A stretch of 63,326 bases of DNA, counting the filler, from Globobulimina sp. (lineage: Eukaryota), in the NCBI GenBank assembly GCA_003354225.1. It is 23 parts of 23 records of this genome, joined end to end, with 100 filler letters (N's around TTAATTAATTAA, not from the genome) between each part and the next. Parts side by side here need not be neighbours in the genome. Positions count along the whole stretch, not along the records: positions 57,917 to 60,571 come from PIVH01005506.1; positions 60,672 to 63,326 come from PIVH01005507.1; 21 more parts are not named here. One strand, 5' to 3'. A program made the position numbers and the translations under genes. Positions 59,478-63,326 of this stretch are shown piece after piece. Position 1 is the first letter of the stretch; the number at the start of each line of letters is the position of its first letter. A model generated the notes under the pieces. That model worked only from the letters and a program-made list of their open reading frames with translations, was not told where the DNA came from and did not search any database.

Positions 59478-60571
59478 TTATAATATGTCATGATGTTCTG
59501 TGTTTAATGCATCAATATCTCTGTCATAAAATCCCAGTTCTTCTTCGTCTTCATCATCCTTTTCAATTGTTGGTGCTCTATATGTATATATCTTATCTTC
59601 TTTTTTCGATAATATTGAAATTATGCCATATATCACCATCCAGACACAACAAACAATTGCTGCTACAATGCCAACGATTGACGCTGTATGTGTTCCGTGA
59701 TGAAATGTAAATTTTTTACTCTCATCAGATACATCTCCTACAAAACCACGTTGCTTCAATCCATTATCCGATGTATTGACCAATGCCAAAGTTATCGATG
59801 GCTGTAAAGTGGTAGTTATTGGTTGATCAAATACTGAGTCAACGGGTGTAACAGTTGTCAATTCTGTAATTATTTGTTGTGTATTTATGGCTGGTTTTAA
59901 TGTTGGTTTTATTGTAGGTTCTAATGTTGGCTCCATTGTTGGTTCATTTGTAGGTTCTAATGTCGGTTCATTTGTTGGTGACAATGTTGCTGTTTCATTA
60001 GAATAACATGGCGATGTTATATCGTTACAATTAAATGTATTAATAATACAGGAATCTGAATAATTTGCATTACAAAATAAAGTTGATTCACTACCAATAT
60101 CCGCAGCAAATAAAGTCAGATTAATATCATACCATCCATTCACTGCATAAATTTCCAAATTTGTATGCGATGCAGCATTGTCACCTTAATAGCATTTTTT
60201 GTCCGAAGATGTCCGTTATTTTGAAAAGTGCGATCATAAATAATTTATGCATAAGATAGATATTATAATACATACTTGAGATGCCGCAATTTTGCTTTGC
60301 GTTGGAAATATGACATTTATGACAATATAATTTGAAATCAACACAAGCATTAAATGCGTTGCAGTCAAGATTAACAGGACCAGACTCTTTACCATTAATT
60401 GTGATTTGTTGACATGATTTTGATGAATTACAAATAACATTACATGCGTGTTTATGTGATGAGGGACAATTAATGACTGCGGATGGCATACTATTTGAAT
60501 TCATACCATTTATCACACACTCACCACTTGCTGGGCAATTTACTGTTGAAAATAAACACGAATAAGATCCA
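59478..60571 (-). CDS. Cys-rich repeat surface protein with PT-repeat stalk and TM helix, 5'-truncated, spliced
   Basis: CNVIC..SC..I units, (EPT)n repeats at ~59900-59980, TM IVGIVAAIVCCVWMVIYGII. Confidence 0.7.
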
Positions 60572-60671
60572 NNNNNNNNNNNNNNNNNNNNNNNNNNNNN
60601 NNNNNNNNNNNNNNNTTAATTAATTAANNNNNNNNNNNNNNNNNNNNNNNNNNNNNNNNNNNNNNNNNNNN

Positions 60672-60911
60672 CTTTTTGCCTATTGTTTTTCCAACATTTG
60701 TAGATTTGATTGTTTTCGATTGTTTGACATTAGTTTTGATTGATTTCTTTAGTTCTTTCGCTGTAATTTTTGTATCTTGAAACACTGGTTCAATACAATG
60801 ATGATGATCCACACAATGCATTGGTAAAATCGTTATCATATTATCAATGTCATAATATTTTGGTAACCTCCCAATGCTTGAACGTAAATTGTAACGTGAT
60901 TGTGTTGACAT
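60672..60911 (-). CDS. Hypothetical basic protein, 3'-truncated
   Basis: ATG ORF running into the contig edge. Confidence 0.4.
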
Positions 60912-61036
60912 TTTTGACCTATTTTGGAGCTAGTCTAACTGGAAAGTTTTCTTTCAGCATCGGTTGGAGAGCATAGCGTCATTGGCTTCAACTAATTAGA
61001 AACCCCAAAAACGGACCGATTAACCATCGATTAAGC

Positions 61037-62381
61037 ATGTCGTTTTCGTGGTTTATATTGTTTTTTCAATTGGCTTATTACGGTTCACAAGCAAAAAGAA
61101 GTAATTACGTAATTTCCAATGATTTTTATGATGATTCGTATGGTGATATCGATGATGATGATGCCGCATATGATAATTATGCATATGATTATTCTGAATA
61201 TGATGATTCTGTGTATGATGATTCTGTGTATGATGATTCGGTGTACGATGATTATTATAACCAAATGGCATATAATCAGTATTTATGGAACAATTATGTT
61301 AATCAAATGGCGTACAATCAATATGTATTCAATCAAATGTATCAAAATGAATTAGTAAACCAATATTATCAACAAATGATGGCCGAAAATCAGTATAATG
61401 ATTATAACGAATATAACGAATATAATATGGATGAGGGGAAATTTACCGACTTCTTAAAAAAAGGCGCAAAAATGGTGACAAGTGTAATACCCAAAGCCAT
61501 TGCGAGTGGCTATGAGAGTGCAATGAAAAGACATCATGACACGTTGGAAGAATGTGAATTAAAAGAGGATGATTTTAAAAAAATCGAGCGAAATTTCGCT
61601 TTGACTAAAGGTGCGTTATTAGACAAAACCACGCGACAGAAATGGTTCAATAACATGGTCTTTCAATTGGATGCCATTAAGGATATGTTTATCAACAAAT
61701 ATGAGTTAAAAGCACAGAAATTATTCGTTGCTCAAGAAACCGGCTTACTTAAATATATCAGCGGCAACGGCATAAAAGCAGCAGCTATGGCCGCCGGAGA
61801 GAAATGGTTGAAAGTGGATTTTGAAGACATTTTAGATGGTCTTTTCACGCAGTTATTTGATGCGGTGGCAAAGGCGAGCGATTTGGACCCACCTCCACGG
61901 TTTCCAGATGGCTCCAGAGAGCCTGCAAAACCTGACATGGATACATTTGACGAGGTGTTGAAGTCGGTAAAGTATACTGAAGGGTTTAGGGTTGTGATGG
62001 ATTTGATTAAATGTAAATTTCTTCAGGTAATAGTTTATTAAATGTGTGCAATATATAATATAATATAATGTGGTAATGCTGTAGGTATCGAAAAGATTTT
62101 CAGATTCGATTGCAAAGCGATTTGAGGAGAAATCGGTGGGAATGTTAATTCGAATGGCAACGAGTAAATTGGCCATGTATTTAGTTGATAAATTGACGGG
62201 TTTGGCAGATGACGCATTTAAGAGATTGGAAGAAGCTATTCCATGGACACCGGATATGTTTGAAGCGTTTGTTAAATGTTTAAAAGAGACAAAGGGTGAT
62301 ATTAAAGGGTGTTTTCAAAAAGCTAAAGCTTTAACAGCCAATGCAAGGTTAATACGTGGTAATTATTATGGTTATTATTAA
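61037..62381 (+). CDS. Secreted protein with a Tyr/Asp/Asn-rich low-complexity region, 2 exons
   Basis: Signal peptide, (YDDSV)3 and NQMAYNQY repeats. Intron 62027-62084 joins ORF 62136 in frame. Confidence 0.75.
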
Positions 62382-62658
62382 AAAAAAAACATTTTCTTTT
62401 GTAATATATAAAAATTAAATAATATTTTATTTTCTTGTTATCCTCGCACTTGTGCAATTCCGTTATATTAATTGTACTTTTATTTTGAGTTGCTTTTCCT
62501 ATATAACATTTATTTTCAGGCTTTTCAGCAACGTGTTTGTTTTCAGCAACGTGCTAAACTCACAGAAAAATGTATTGGAAATAATCAATAATGTACAGTT
62601 TTTACTTCACTGAAACCGATACTAGGATATCTATTAAAATCTCATTTTTCTACTCGTC

Positions 62659-63326
62659 ATGTCAACCCTCCGTTGTGTCGACAATTTGCTAGCAATATTT
62701 TCAGATTCTCGACTACCATTAAATGATGAAGATGGCGATGAGAAAGATTGGAGATATAAAGAATGGGGAGGAACAACATTTTATGCTCAGCAGGGGGATA
62801 AACTCGAAGATTATTATCCATTAAAGGTATCTGGATCAAGATTTATTTATAACTGTAAACAACATACTCTTATTTGTGGCGAATGTGATTTTTCATTTAC
62901 ATCCTCTGTTATACAAAAACGAGGTGGTTCTGGCATCAATTTGTATACAACGTGTTGGTATTATTTCCAATCGCAATGGTTTCGTAAGATATTATGTTCA
63001 GCGACAAGCAGTGTTTCTGAGTTCAATCACTTCATTAAAAATTTAAAATTTTGTGAGAAATCCAAATCAAAAATATGTTTTGGTGTCGATGCAACATTAT
63101 TGCATGTGACAGCAGCCAAATATAAATGGCATAATAAGTTTGATCGTATAATGTTTACCTTCCCTCGCGTTTATACGTGGGACAAATCGAAATATGACAG
63201 AAACAATCAAATGTTTATAATTGCTGTATTAGAATCGATGAAATATTGTTTAAAGGAAAATGGAGAAATCCATTTGATGTTATTCAGAGAACAATTTTGG
63301 AACTGGCAATTTAAAGAAAACAAGAA
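62659..63326 (+). CDS. BMT5/DUF2431-like rRNA methyltransferase-fold protein, 3'-truncated
   Basis: Manual translation (absent from the ORF track): TLICGECDFSF, FGVDATLL, FDRIMFTFP, NQMF, LKENGEIHL, FWNW. Confidence 0.75.
   Translation, partial: MSTLRCVDNLLAIFSDSRLPLNDEDGDEKDWRYKEWGGTTFYAQQGDKLEDYYPLKVSGSRFIYNCKQHTLICGECDFSFTSSVIQKRGGSGINLYTTCWYYFQSQWFRKILCSATSSVSEFNHFIKNLKFCEKSKSKICFGVDATLLHVTAAKYKWHNKFDRIMFTFPRVYTWDKSKYDRNNQMFIIAVLESMKYCLKENGEIHLMLFREQFWNWQFKENK

Noticed and set aside
2661-60671. Regularly spaced TTAATTAATTAA motif about every 2.76 kb, resembling a repeat array or CRISPR
   Set aside because: It is always embedded in N runs and is an artificial six-frame-stop linker. ORFs ending in XXXX or LIN are artefacts of it.
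1-63326. A defence island or operon formed by the RelA-like, HEPN-like, ART-like, GHKL and protease genes
   Set aside because: The genes sit on separate, length-sorted contigs; their adjacency is artificial.
1-63326. Alternative genetic code, or rRNA/tRNA genes
   Set aside because: Conserved genes translate with the standard code once introns are removed. No rRNA or tRNA was recognised by eye; a covariance-model scan was not possible.

Overview
This is not a contiguous locus. It is 23 unrelated contigs of about 2.66 kb, sorted by decreasing length and joined by artificial 100-bp spacers (44 N + TTAATTAATTAA + 44 N), so gene neighbourhood across spacers means nothing. The DNA is mostly AT-rich eukaryotic genomic sequence with short GT-AG introns. 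The gene families (7TM and 7TM-RGS proteins, Cys-rich repeat surface proteins, ART-like and SAM-like expansions) look protistan; a rhizarian/foraminiferan source is my inference only. Recognisable genes: RPA70-like protein, peroxisomal multifunctional beta-oxidation enzyme, rps24, AAAP amino-acid transporter, UNC-93-like MFS, NIPA Mg transporter, fimbrin-like protein, MOSC/mARC, C2H2/AT-hook factor, LRR, GYF, C-type lectin, JmjC and BMT5/DUF2431. Most interesting candidates: a RelA/SpoT-like nucleotidyltransferase fused to WD40 repeats; a spliced USP deubiquitinase + Ulp1/SENP protease fusion with a WWE-like insert inside the SENP fold; a HEPN-like (RxxxxH) + TPR + SAM-like protein; an R-S-E-type ADP-ribosyltransferase-like protein; a Helitron-like relic beside a zinc-less RPA70; a PLP-lysine-less cysteine-desulfurase pseudoenzyme; a bacterial PotD-like segment joined in frame to a eukaryotic ORF; and structured introns. 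All domain calls come from motif recognition by eye, with no database searches.
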